This document shows positions 40,296-52,969 of a DNA stretch of 64,000 nucleotides, one piece after another. A program made the position numbers and the translations under genes. How positions within the stretch are numbered: the stretch's first letter is position 1; each line of letters begins with the position of its first letter. The notes beneath the pieces are model-generated. The model ran no database searches. It saw nothing but the letters and a program-made list of their open reading frames with translations, and was not told where the DNA came from. Where the stretch lies: NCBI GenBank assembly GCA_951406725.2, contig OX597821.1, positions 88,102,001 to 88,166,000 of the forward strand. The letters are read 5' to 3'. This stretch comes from Octopus vulgaris (taxonomy: Eukaryota).

Positions 40296-40565
40296 ATACA
40301 TATATATATTTGTGTCTGCGTCTGTGCTTGTCCCCACCAACGCTTGACAACCGATGTTGGTATGTTTTCGTCCTCGTAACTTAGCGGTTCGCGAAAGAAA
40401 CCCATAGAATAAGTACTAGGCTTACAAAGAATAACTCCTGGGGTTGATTTGTTCGACTAAAGGCGGTGCTCCAGCACGGTATCAGCCAAATGACAGAAAC
40501 AAGTAAACAAATAAATAAAAAATACATTTATAAGAATAGTTTTACGCATATGTATATATATGTGA

Positions 40566-40844
40566 TCACGTGATCACGTGACCGACCAGACCATCTGATG
40601 TTGTTACACAACGCTGGCCACAATGCGTTCGCATTGTTTTAGCTAAGCGAGCAGGCCAACAGAAGAAAGAGTGGGAGAAAGAGGGGTGAAAGAGTACAGC
40701 AGGGATCACCACCCTCTGCCGGAGCGTCGTGGAGCTTTTAGGTGTTTTCACTCAATAAACACTCACAACGCCCGGTCTGGGAATCGAAACCGCAATCCTA
40801 CGACCGCGAGTCCACTGCCCTAACCATTGGGCCATTGCGCCTCC
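40566..40844 (-). mobile_element. SINE with family C head and an alternative 3' tail
   Basis: About 40670-40844 matches the C head; 40566-40665 matches the tail at 53315-53563 instead of the C tail. Confidence 0.88.
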
Positions 40845-40861
40845 ATGCATATATATGAAGG

Positions 40862-40988
40862 AAGCATATAGAAGAGAAGCTTCGTCTAACTTCCTTCTTC
40901 ACCAAAAGCATTACTGAAAGAAGACCTCAAACCACTGAAAAGCGGGTCCTCAGTAAGGCCCCATCCTCTGGCTGAAACCAGTAAAAGA
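40862..40988 (+). mobile_element. 3' end of an older CR1-like LINE relative
   Basis: gcgggtcctcagtaaggccccatcctctggctgaaaccagtaaaaga aligns with the LINE tail at 46405-46450. Confidence 0.5.
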
Positions 40989-40989
40989 A

Positions 40990-41000
40990 TATATATATCT

Positions 41001-41057
<57 letters not shown>

Positions 41058-41063
41058 CACATC

Positions 41064-41095
<32 letters not shown>

Positions 41096-41123
41096 CACAT
41101 CCACACACACACACACATAGAGG

Positions 41124-41161
<38 letters not shown>

Positions 41162-41271
41162 CACATCCACACAAACACACACAAACACACACACACACGC
41201 ACATATATATATATATATGTACACATCCACACACACACACAAACACACACAAACACACACGCACACACACA
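40990..41271. repeat. Compound (TA)n-CACATC-(CA)n repeat with about four higher-order units
   Basis: tacacatccacac recurs near 41055, 41093, 41160 and 41220. Confidence 0.85.
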
Positions 41272-42809
41272 CTGGTGTGTTTTGTTGTATCGGCCTTATA
41301 GTTAAATGCAACTTATCATTGATTCAGCATATATAGTTACGCAAGTATACACATACACGCACAGTCATATACACCGAGAATAACACATACGCAGGAACAT
41401 AGCACGCATGCGCAGGAACTTTGCCACTAAATAATTAATGCAATTTATAGTGTAATTCAATAATTAACATTATTACAATATAGTTGCTCTATTAACTAAA
41501 TATTTTTGTTACTGTATGAATAGTGTTTATTTTTTTTTTTACATTATTAACTGCATTATATATTTAGGCTATTAACTCTATTATTTAATTTTTCTATTTA
41601 CTTGCTATAGTTACCGATTGAACTGATCTATGGCCGCTAGCGTTCCAGTCGTGACTATCCCACCTTGTACCATATAATATAAATTTGACAGCTATTTTCA
41701 ACATAAAGAAGGAACGAACAGGAGGTTTCTTCATGTGATTCCCTTCTGAGATAGTAACGATATTTGGCTGCTATGTCTTGCAAGTGGAATGACCATGTAG
41801 TGGCATCCTCAGTAATTTATGTTTGTCAACAGATCATGTGACACACGCAACTCATGCATTAGTTACTTGTATTCGAAAGATCAAGAACGAGAATACTTGG
41901 TTCTGGTCAGTAAGTAATAGTTGTGTTAGTATATGCATGTCTCTGCCTGTGTGTGAGATTTTATTACGGCTCGTGGAGATTAAGGGAATCGTATAGAAGT
42001 AGACCCATTGTCTTATAGATTAAGGTTGGAATTATCTGATGCAAATATTTAAGACAGTAGCGTTGCCAGAATTGTTGGAGCATCGAACAAAATATCTCGC
42101 TGTATTTAGTTAAGGCCCCTTAAGTTCTCATTTGAAATTCCACTGTGGTCAGCATAGCCTTACATTCCGCCGTAGCCTATAAAATAATGTACAAGTCGTG
42201 TATTGATTTCGATTTATATTCCTATAATGCATCCTAAATATGAAGGGGATTATCATAGTAAGAAGAAGGGATATCACAGGCGTTTTGATATATCACAGCA
42301 ATAGATTTTCCCGCTTAAATCCAAATCCATACATATGTTAGGCTGTAGATTACAAATCTACAAAAATTGCATCTTATTATCTTAAAAAAAGAATTTTGAT
42401 AAATTGCATAATGTAGTGCCAGATACCGTGCGAGTGTAAAAGGTGAGAAGACTATGGCTATGTTGCTATTGAAAATAGGTACGATCGATTAAAAGCTAAC
42501 CCAAAACATAACAAAAACGTCGATATACTATGTCAGGGTTTCTCAGACTTCTTTTTGATGTGTAAAGATTGTCGTGTCCGTCAGTGATGGCAAATCCTTT
42601 ATGAAAAATATTGTTTAACAGAATTGGATTCCACAAAATAGCCCGTACTGGTTATAATTAATGGGTAAATTAAAACAGATAATGGCTAAATATCTAGAAA
42701 TCAATGCAGTAATCCCACGACTATCGCAGGCGTTACGTTCCAAAATCCCGCGCGATAGGTGAAAATCTGCGAAGTAGACACAGTGTTGTACTGTATATTT
42801 TTAAAATTA

Positions 42810-43041
42810 AGGCGGCGAGTTCTCAGAAACATTAGCACGCCGGGCGAAATGCTTAGCAGTATTTCGTCTGCCACTACGTTCTGAGTTAAAATTCCACCGA
42901 AATCGACTTTGCCTTTCATCCTTTCGGGGTCGATTAAATAAGTACCAGTTGTACACTGGGGTCGATATAATCGACTTAATCCGTTTGTCTGTACTTGTTT
43001 TTCCTCTCTGTGTTTAGCCCCTTGTGGTTAGTAAAGAAATA
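42810..43041 (+). mobile_element. SINE family B, full length
   Basis: Matches 26056-26289; TSD tgtatatttttaaaa(a)tta at 42792-42809 and 43042-43060. Confidence 0.93.
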
Positions 43042-43081
43042 TGTATATTTTTAAAAATTATTTTTATAATTTGTATAGAAA

Positions 43082-43488
43082 GGCGTAGGAGTGGCTGTGT
43101 GGTAAGTAGCTTGTTTACCAACTACATGGTCCCGGGTTCAGTCCCACTGCGTGGCACCTTGGGCAAGTGTCTTCTACTATAGCCTCTGGCCGACCAAAGC
43201 CTTGTGAGTGGATTTGGTAGACGGAAACTGAAAGAAACCCGTCGTATATATGTATATATATATATATATATGTGCGTGTATGTTTGTGTGTCTGTGTTTG
43301 TCCCCCTAGTATTGCTTGACAACCGATGCTGGTGTGTTTATGTCCCCGTCACTTAGCGGTTCGGCAAAATAGACCGATAGAATAAGTACTGGGCTTACAA
43401 AGAATAAGTCCCGGGGTCGAGTTGCTCGATTAAAGGCGGTGCTCCAGCATGGCCGCAGTCAAAATGACTGAAACAAGTAAAAAAAAAA
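43082..43488 (+). mobile_element. SINE family A, full length
   Basis: Near-identical to 5380-5826. Confidence 0.95.
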
Positions 43489-44259
43489 TTTATATTATTA
43501 TAAGTGTAAAGCAAAACCACAGAGGAATCGACACAACCCTAAATGATAAACCGTGGTAAGTGAACCGCGATATGGTGAGGGATTACTGTACTTTCAAGCA
43601 GTATATTTGACGAAAATTCCTGCTGTTTTCACTAATAATTAATAAATTTGTAGTAGTACAGCGTTGAAAGAGTTCTTGATTGTGATTACATTAAAATCTT
43701 CGGAAATCTTTGGAAACTTTTCAGATCATCCGCCCAATCCACTCGTAATCTCACTCGCGTACCATTTGGTTTACACGTACCCGGATTTCAGAACAACATA
43801 TTCGAAAATCCTTAATTACCATATATATTTTTCTACAACCGCATACTACTATTTCACAGGAAAAAAAATACATTTTGGATAATTTACTCGCAAAAAATAA
43901 TGCTTATAAAATACGGCATGATGGCCATGGTTAGAACAATATTGATCACAGATCTACGATCTGCGAGATCAAATGAGCTGGTACTAAATAGCAGAAATTA
44001 CATCCGTACCGCAGTTCTGCGCATTAGCTATGCTGATTTAAATCTAATTGTGGGTATGGTTTAAGTTTCTTGAAGGTGCGATAGGGTTTTAGCCAGTAAC
44101 TAATCCTTGTAATGAATACAGGTGTATAAATATATCAGAATGAGTTAACCTCATGGTATCTGGTGAGCATATATATAATGTATAATATATACATACATGT
44201 GTGTGTATGTATTTATATATATATATATATATGTGTGTATACATATATATATATTTTTA

Positions 44260-44293
<34 letters not shown>

Positions 44294-46469
44294 AATATAT
44301 AATGTTTATGTATATATGTACACATATTATACACAAACACATGCAGAATGATATAATTATCGGTAACATCTAGAGTCAAATTTAGCCTTTTGGCTCATAT
44401 TCAAACGCAACATGTGCAATCATCTACCAGATATATTGTATCAAGTATCTTTAGTGTTAACGATCAGATCATATACAGTGTATATGCTGCAAAACAGTTT
44501 TGGAGAGAACTTCTGCAAATAACTAGCAATCGTTTCTATTCCAATGAAAATAGGTATAAAATGTCTATGTAATCTTATAAAGTTTTGTAACGCTATGTTA
44601 TAATGTGAATATTTGATAAACTGTTAACGTGTTAAATAAAAATACTATATAAAGTGACGTTGATGACGTACTCTCTTATAATATAAAATTACTGGTAGAA
44701 TGATCCCTTTTAAAATCTTAGTAAAATGTAGGCTTGACAGAGCAGACATGATGTAGGACAGAGAAAAAAAGAAGTGTTGAATAGTAGTGTAAATCAAATG
44801 TTAAGCAAGTGTTAACATAACGTAGATTTGTGAAAATGTAAATGTCGAAAGCGAACTAATGGAAAATCTACAGATCACCTGGCCTTTAGCTTGAGAATTA
44901 CACCTGTAATTATTGAAGCTCTTGCATATAGAATTAGCTGCCTCTTGAGAAGCTGAGATTCACAAAATAGGAAAGGAGATGGCTAATTAGGAAATTACGG
45001 TTACAAGCCATTAATGGAACTGTGAAAACACGTAAAACATTGAGAAAATGGAAAATAACGGCTAATTACGAAGTTACTGTTAGTAAAACACTTCTGAAGT
45101 TTAGCCTGCAGTATGTAGACATATATACGCGTAGACAGGCAAGTACAGATAGAAATGCTTGAATCATAATGTATTAGGCCACATATGTTGAGATATCCTT
45201 CCTTGCAATATGCTTATATGAACAGATACATTTAAATGACAGTGCCAGAGACTTGACACAGTGTTTGAAATCTTCTCATTCTCTCTCTTGGTGAGAAATC
45301 TGTAAAATTAAAACCAAACGACATTTATACATACATACATACATACGTACGTACATACATACATACATACATACGTACATACATACATACATATATATAT
45401 ACATGCATACTTACATATAGGTACATTCAGGCGTATAAATATAAAAGCACATACACTCACATTCACATAGAAACCACACCATAAGCAACGAATAAGATCG
45501 AAAAATAGATTGATATTCATCAATTTATAGATGTATATAAAAACATCTATTTATAAATAATATACGAGAACATACATCAGCTTCGTGTAGCTATGTGCAT
45601 ATATTCATGTATGTGTGTGTGTATACGTTTATCCTCGCACCTTTATGTAAATATTTCTAGATATCAATATTTATTCATTGTTATATATGCATAATTCTAT
45701 CCTCGAAGCTATGTATTTCTGTCTACGCACTTCACAGCTATGCCCCTATATCAGAAACAGATCGTTTACCAAACCTTTGCTGGACAATGGCTAGTCAATG
45801 TATTGCAAAGTTGACTTTTCAATGCTGTCTATGCATTACTGCCGTTCTAAAGAAGTGCCATAAATTATCTTCCTAAAGCCATTCGATCATTTCAGATGTC
45901 TTGATAAAATGGATTCCTTTTGCTATATTTCATATAACTCTGCGTGAGACTGTAAGGTTGGACCTGTAACTTTGCCTTTTCTGTTGCCAGCATTATATCT
46001 CCATCCCCATCATCACCACAGAAATAGTTCACAATAAAATGTCTTCTTCGACACTCGAAAGCCAAATGTGAAAGGCCAGTCTTTGTATAAATCAACTCAT
46101 GTGTTACAGCCGCCATGCAAGCCGTCTTTAGTTCTGAACAAACACAGAAAGCGTCTGCTCATTTGCATCAACGATCGCGTGTCTTTCAATACAGGTGTCC
46201 TTAATCTATGCACGTGCGTCTCTGTGTTCGAACATGCGTGCGTATATTTGTGAATGTATTGTATGTATGTATATATGTATGTATATATATATAAATGTGT
46301 GTGTGTGCGTACCTGTGTATAATTGTATATATATATATATATAATTATTCACATATATATATGTATAAATAATTATTTATAAATATGTACATGTATTTTT
46401 TTTCTTTTTCTAGTTTCAGCTCAGAGCTGCGGCCATGCTGATGCACCGCCGTTTTGTGCTACACTGTTA

Positions 46470-48035
46470 TTACGACGAACCTCGTCTAATATGTGGCACT
46501 TGGTGAAGAATGGAGTTTGATACAGCTACTCTCATTTGCACCTCTTGCCGTGAGGTAGGTTCATCTGGGACTCTTGACAGGAAGATGTCCAGCTTTGATT
46601 TAAAAACCGCTACATCTACTTTGTGCAAGTTCCTCAGACTCGTTGGGAGAATATTAAAAAACTGTGGCCCCTTGAAACCCAGGCTGTTGCTAAAGCTGGT
46701 CCTGAAGCGTGATGGCATTGCTGGGATCTTTGGCACTATGCAGTGTCGTCTCGTTCTAGCATTGGTGTAGCTTACAATGCCAAAATTTGGCACAATTCCT
46801 TCCAGGATATTCCAGACATATATTACTGCATACCTCTCCCGTCTTCTCTCCAGGGAGTAGAGTCTTAGCTGTTTCAACGCCCAGTAGCTGAGCTGTTGCA
46901 AAGAGACGATCTTCTTTGTGAATCTTCTCTGGATTGCTTCAAGGTCCGCTGTTAATTTTACACTGGTGGGTGACCATAGCTGTGACCAGTAATCCAGGCG
47001 ACTGAGGACGAATGTCCGCCAGAGGATCATCATGGTTTCCTTATCTCTGGTTCTGAATGTTCTTAGGATCCACCCAGCCAGTCGTCTGCAATTTGTCGCC
47101 ATCCTGGTAATGTGCACTTGGAAAGAGGTATCATCACTCATGTCGATACCCAGGTCCATTACAGACTTAGGCTCTGGGATTGAAATTCCCTGTGGACCGG
47201 TGTATCCTGTAAGTTTAATATTCAGTTTTGGATGCTGGTAGCGCAGGGACTGGAATTTTTCAGCATTAAACTGCATGTTATTATCCTCAGCCCATCTGTA
47301 GATTGAGTCCAACTCCTGCTGCAGGTGTGCAACATCGCTGGGGTTCTGTATTTTCTGCGAGACTTTCGTATCGTCTGCATAGCTGGCCAGAGTGGCTATC
47401 CGGGCATTTGAGGGCATATCTGAGAGGGCTACTATAAAAAGCAGTGGTCCCAAGACCGTGCCCTGTGGAACACCGCTCACTATTTCTGTGTTCATAGAGG
47501 TGGCTCCATTAACCACTACTGCCTGACTCCTATCTTTCAGGAAGTCATGCAACCACACTCCAAGTTTTCCAGCTATGCCGAGGTCACGTAGTTTGTGGCA
47601 TATCATACCATGATCCACCTTGTCAAAATCTTTTGCAAAATCAAGGTAGATTACGTCCACATTTGATTTGTTGAGTAACTGCCTCAACACCCAGTCATAA
47701 TGCTGTAAGAACTGGGTCAGGCAGCTCCTACCTGGTCGAAAACCATGCTGTGTATTACTCAGCAAGTTATTTTCCTCAAGGAATGCGATTAGTTTCTTTC
47801 TGACTATCCGTTCCATGATTTTGCTGATGTGTGAAGTCAGAGAGATAGGCCTATAGTTTTTGGCATCTGTTCTACTTTCCCCTTTATGTATTGGGCATAT
47901 TATTCCCTCCTTCAGCTTGCTTGGCAGTTTGCCATTCGCAACAAAGCTCTGGAAGAGAATCTTGAGGGGTTTTGCCAGGGCATGCTTACACGCTTTGAGG
48001 AGGATGGCTGGACCAGCAGCTGAGTTTGTGTCCAC
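46470..48035 (-). CDS. LINE ORF2 reverse transcriptase domain (open for 521 aa, part of a truncated copy)
   Basis: NYRPISLTS, QHGFRPGRSC, YLDFAKDFDKVDH, SGVPQGTVLGPLLF, YADDTK, LERRRERY motifs. Confidence 0.9.
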   Translation of the reverse strand: MDTNSAAGPAILLKACKHALAKPLKILFQSFVANGKLPSKLKEGIICPIHKGESRTDAKNYRPISLTSHISKIMERIVRKKLIAFLEENNLLSNTQHGFRPGRSCLTQFLQHYDWVLRQLLNKSNVDVIYLDFAKDFDKVDHGMICHKLRDLGIAGKLGVWLHDFLKDRSQAVVVNGATSMNTEIVSGVPQGTVLGPLLFIVALSDMPSNARIATLASYADDTKVSQKIQNPSDVAHLQQELDSIYRWAEDNNMQFNAEKFQSLRYQHPKLNIKLTGYTGPQGISIPEPKSVMDLGIDMSDDTSFQVHITRMATNCRRLAGWILRTFRTRDKETMMILWRTFVLSRLDYWSQLWSPTSVKLTADLEAIQRRFTKKIVSLQQLSYWALKQLRLYSLERRRERYAVIYVWNILEGIVPNFGIVSYTNARTRRHCIVPKIPAMPSRFRTSFSNSLGFKGPQFFNILPTSLRNLHKVDVAVFKSKLDIFLSRVPDEPTSRQEVQMRVAVSNSILHQVPHIRRGSS

Positions 48036-48046
48036 TTCATCTATGG

Positions 48047-48358
48047 CTAGTAGGACATCTTTTTCGCTAATGTCAATACATTTGTAACCACCTCGCTGGT
48101 TACAGGTGAGGCGGCAAAGAATTCCACTGGTTCGTTCACTTGTCTGTGTTCCGACGGGGTGGGAAAGACACTTTTGAACTGGTCATTCAGCATCTCACTG
48201 ATCATAGTTGGACTGTCTGTGAGGGAGCCATCCTTTTGGAGGAGGGGTCCGATCTTGTAGTGCACTGACACTGTTTCTTTCGCGTAATGAAAGAAGGCCT
48301 TTGGGTTTGATTTAATGTTTTTTATAACCCAGGCTTCTTTGTCTGCTTTCTCCTTCAC
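48047..48358 (-). pseudogene. Frameshifted upstream part of the same LINE ORF2
   Basis: IKSNPKAFFHY...EMLNDQFKSVF is the typical pre-RT linker; frameshift near 48060. Confidence 0.85.
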
Positions 48359-48389
48359 ATAGGATTGTTGCAGCCTTTTTTTGATCTCC

Positions 48390-49665
48390 TACCCAAAAAT
48401 TTTTCGAAAATTTTCTACGAAAGATTTCCCCAAAAATTTTTCGAAAATTTTCACCGGAAATTTTCCCCAAAAATTTTTCGAAAATTTTCACCGAAAATTT
48501 TACCCAAAAATCTTTCGAAAATTTTTGCCGAAAATTTTACCCAAAAATTTTTCGAAAATTTTACCCCAAAATGTTCACCGAAATTTTCCCCAAAAATTTT
48601 TCGAAAATTTTCACCCAAAATTTTCCCCCAAAATTTTTCGAAAATTTTCACCGAAAATTTTACCCAAAAGTTTTTCGAAAATTTTACCCAAAAATGTTCA
48701 CCGAAATTTTTCGAAAATTTTTGCCGAAATTTTACCCAAAAATTTTTCGAAAATTTTCCACGAAAGATTTCCCCAAAAATTTTTCGAAAATTTTCACCGG
48801 AAATTTTCCCCCAAAATTTTTCGAAAATTTTCACCGAAAATTTTACCCAAACATCTTTCGAAAATTTTACCCAAAAATTTTTCGAAAATTTTCACCGAAA
48901 ATTTTACCCCAAAATGTTCACCGAAAATTTTCACCAAAAATTTTTCGAAAATTTTCACCCAAAATTTTCCCCAAAATTTTTGGATAATTTTCACCGAAAT
49001 CTTTACCCAAAAATTTTGGGAAAATTTTCCCCAAAAATTTTTCGAAAATTTTACCCAAAAATTTTTCGGAAATTTTCGGTGAAAAATTTTACTCAAAAAT
49101 TCTTCGAAAATTTTCACCGAAAATTTTACCCAAAATTTTTTTCGAAAATTTTCACCGGAAATTATACCCAAAAATTTTCACCGAAATTTTCGAAAAATTC
49201 TTGAGGAAAATTTTCGGCAAAAATTTTCGAAAAATTGTTGCTGAAAATTTTCCAAAAATTTTTGGGTAAAATTTTCGAAAAATTTTGGGTGAAAATTTTC
49301 GAAAAATTTTTGGGTAAAACTTTCGAAAAATTTTTGGGTAAAATTTTCGGTGAAAATTTTCGAAAAATAATTGGGGAAAATTTTCAGCAAAAATTTTCGA
49401 AAAATTCTTGGGAAAATTTTTGGGGAAAATTTTCGTTGAAAATTTTCGAAAGATTTTTGTGTAAAATTTTCGGTGAAAATTTTCGAAAAATTTTTGGATA
49501 AAATTTTTGGGTAAAATTTTCTGTGAAAATTTTCGAAAAATCTTTGGGTAAAATTTTCGGTGAAAATTTTCGAAAAATTTATGGGTAAAATTTTCGGTGA
49601 AAATTTTCGGAAAATCTTTGGTGAAATTTTTCGGAAATTTTCACCGAAAATTTCCCCCAAAAATA
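48390..49665. repeat. AAAATTTT-based satellite (about 37-bp unit of three 12-13-mers) with internal orientation reversal
   Basis: Unit AAAATTTTCACCG-AAAATTTTACCC-AAAAATTTTTCG; reverse-complement units dominate from about 49200 to 49630. Confidence 0.95.
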
Positions 49666-51582
49666 TACCCATACACTCACACATATATTCACGTGTATGT
49701 GAAGCAAGCTTACAGTTATGGCCTGTAGTATGAGGTATTCAAAAACTGGTGAATGGACATCATGGCATTTGTGGATAAACCAATAAAGTCGATTTTAAGA
49801 ATGTAATTAACTGCATTAGGTACGTGTCAGTAGGTCTTCGATAAGAAAAAAAAGTCAAATATAAAATAGTAAAAGTATTGCTAAATATCTTCGATGATCA
49901 ATGTGCTTTCTTTCTCTTACAGTAACATAATGTTATTATTGCTGTTGCTGTGGTTTTTGTACCCGTGGTTAGCCCCTATATAGCGGTTGTATGTTTATAG
50001 GCTGTTATGACCCCTCAAAATATAGTAGATATTTCTTGGTTACACTAAACGTAACTTCTCTTATATTCACAGATATTGAATGCATTGTTGCCATTAAACT
50101 CTCTTTCTCTCTCTGTCTCACTGTCTGTCTGTCTCTTGTCGCTCAGTCTTTCTCTCTGTCTCTCTACCTATCTCTCTGTCTCTCTGTCTTTCTGTCTGTC
50201 TGTCTGTCTCTCTCTCACACACAATTCGATTTATGCTATAGAAGCACCTCTTCAATATAAACTACACTGAACTTATGCATGCCGTTGAAAAACCAGAAGT
50301 TATGGCCTTTTGGTTGGAAAACATTCATTTGTATACCTATTATTTAAAAATAAAACACAACGTACTTTAGAGATTTTCGTCTACATGATATAGACTCACA
50401 CCGAAATCCGAAATACCTTCATTTCTAAACATCTATAAACGCCTATCAAATGTTATTTAGTGCTCATTTTTCCCTTCAGAAAGGAGAAGTGGGATTCGAT
50501 AATATGGAGATTTATCAGCTATGTCTTACCGGATTAGCGATCAGTTTGGGCTTGTTGAAACCAGGGCTCTTGTTAGGTGATGTCGGTTTAGATGAGTGTG
50601 CAGCTAAGTGTAAAGACCGGTAGATTGACGTGACTACGGTTGTCATCTCTTTCGGATACTGAACGTATGTCTTGGAAATCAGTAGGCAGATTGCCTATTC
50701 TTATTCAAAAATAGTAGGTGAGGACACAAATGGTTGCAGTATGATGGAAAATCTGTAAGCGTTATATTATTGTAGTGTACGCAGTCTTGACAACGTTAGG
50801 AATAGCTAAATATACAGTCGTTTGTGCTTCTATAAAACGGTTAGTGTATTACCATTTAATAGATAATAAGAAATGGAGTGAAACCCTTTGTTGATATTGA
50901 TGGCATTTAAGATGTTGCATTTAGACTTTGTTGTTGAAATTGCCAACTGTTCTTTCGTTAAACTGAGGAGACAGGTTGTTTAATCTTCTCTAATTAGCAG
51001 CCAAATTTCCGTAAACACATTCCTGAGAACAGAAAGGATACGCTGACTGTTACAGTTCATTACAAATGCATATGATAAAAAGACCAAAACCAGATGATCG
51101 CCGTTGAAAATCCATTAGAACAGTGAAAGATCGACAGAGGATAAAACCCAAATTGTTTTGGGAGATGGTGAAGAGCATTATTGTAATATGCTCAAGTAGT
51201 AGGCCCAGGCCCAGGTTTGATCTTTGTTAGGAATGTAGCTCGCAACATCTCTTGCCCCACAAAATGATTTATCTAAAGAAAAACAAAATAGAATAAATTC
51301 TTTCAAAAACAGAATCCCAAAGAAATGGCATCTACCTCCACTTTTTTGTTATCTTGAGCTGACTACGGCCAAATTTTTTCTCCAAATAAGAAAGATATGG
51401 TAAGATATATTCGATCTAGACGTCCTACATGTAACCTTTACTGATAGCGGGGTGGTTTTATACACAGAGACAGAAGTATCATGTCCAGAGGCTCCAAGAA
51501 ACACCCGAAGAAAATTTCAACTCGTATCTCTTGAACTAACTAACCTCTTCGCACACATTTCGTATTTTTTTGCTTATATCAA

Positions 51583-51957
51583 TTGCACAATTGGCCGTTC
51601 TTCATGCACCACACAGTCAATCTTTTAAAAAAAGATTACAGTAATGTTTTTTACTCGCACAGAAGGTTTTCGTTGCTAGAAATGCAAACTAGAAGGTCAT
51701 TTTCACGAAATCCAACATGCTGGATACGTTTAGTTGCCGGAGTATTGCTCACACATCTGACACTGCGGTTTCCAAACGTAGCTCACATGTCAGCAAACGT
51801 TCATATACCTAGAAAAGTATTTTATGATCAAACACCGGATAATAACATTCGAGTAGGTTGGCAAACATCCAGTAAGCAACACACCTCAAATAGTGGATCA
51901 CTGTCAAATGTGACCTTTCTTCTCACCTTAACTCTAGGACTGCAAGAAAGCCTCTGA
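51583..51957 (+). pseudogene. Decayed RTE-clade LINE C-terminal fragment
   Basis: LRFPNVAHMSANVHIPRKVFYDQ...RVGWQ resembles the RTE LRWxGHVxRMxxxRIPKxxFYG...RxxGRP segment. Confidence 0.5.
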
Positions 51958-52969
51958 ATTTATAAATTTTACAACAGCCATTAGGTTTCATCAATAAATG
52001 CATATGACGCATTACACCTATCCTACTATAATAAATTGTATCGTACCTCACACAGCATATGACATTACTTGCTCTGTAGATCTAACCATAAATGCATTGG
52101 TGAAGGGGAAACTAAAATTCCTGGAAAATATTGATTATCTGCTTTCTTGGAGTGGGGTGGTAACTGTTTAGAAAATTGATAGACTATGTTAGGATGACGC
52201 TTCAGGCAGAGAGGTTTTAACATCCTTAATTTTGATTTGATGATTGTTTGGAACGGAAACCAAAACTAAGAAATCAACATGATCTCGGTTTAAGTTATCT
52301 CGTATCTCCAGTTTGAGCTTAATTATATTTACCTCGTATAAATGATTCGTATGATTTCTGATATATGTATGGGCACTTCAGCAATGTAACGTTCGAAGAC
52401 TGACAAAACTTAAAATAATCAACGAGGGGAGTAAAAACAAAAAAAAAACCAAAAAACTCAAATACGAAAATTTAATGGGTATTGATATGAAGATAGAAAA
52501 AAAAAATCAATGTTAATTATACATTAACTGTAATGTAAATTACGTTATTAATATTGATGGTATTAACATTTTAGATTTTAAGCCCAAACAATATTCAGCA
52601 GCGTAATTATGAAAATAAAAACAACATATATATGTATATATTCAATGAAATGTTTTTTTTATTGTGGTTCATTCCCAAATCTCTTAAAGAATAATTTGGT
52701 GATTCATACTTTGTCAGAAGCATAAACTTCAGTAAAACTCTTACCCATTTCATTTCTCACTGTCGCCTCATTCCTTAGTATATTCTATGGAATTAACTCA
52801 ACGATGTATATTTATACGTCATTAATTTTCTCTCAACACAACCAACTAATTCCCCCCCCCACACACACACACATGTATTTCGTACAAATACTGACTGTAA
52901 ATGTTTAGTCTAGGTTACATTGCAAAAGTCATAGATATTGGCTCTCTTCAGAATAATTTGCAAAACAGT

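Larger units (their letters stand above)
39625..40520 (+). mobile_element. SINE family A split by an insertion in its internal (TA)n
   Basis: Head 39625-39757 and tail 40308-40520 separated by about 520 bp of unrelated sequence. Confidence 0.85.
42707..43588. mobile_element. Tigger/pogo-like MITE carrying two nested SINEs
   Basis: TIRs cagtaatcccac / gagggattactg; right flank TA, left flank TG. Confidence 0.8.
46396..48389 (-). mobile_element. 5'-truncated CR1-like LINE
   Basis: RT ORF, upstream linker, short 3' UTR and A-rich tail; no endonuclease domain; clade assigned from motif style only. Confidence 0.92.

Noticed and set aside
45892-46116. 74-aa ORF as a possible exon
   Set aside because: No recognisable motif or convincing splice sites.
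48365-49684. Multiple 120-280 aa F/K/P-rich ORFs, and a CRISPR-like appearance
   Set aside because: Stop-poor satellite read in several frames; no unique spacers and no cas genes in a eukaryotic context.
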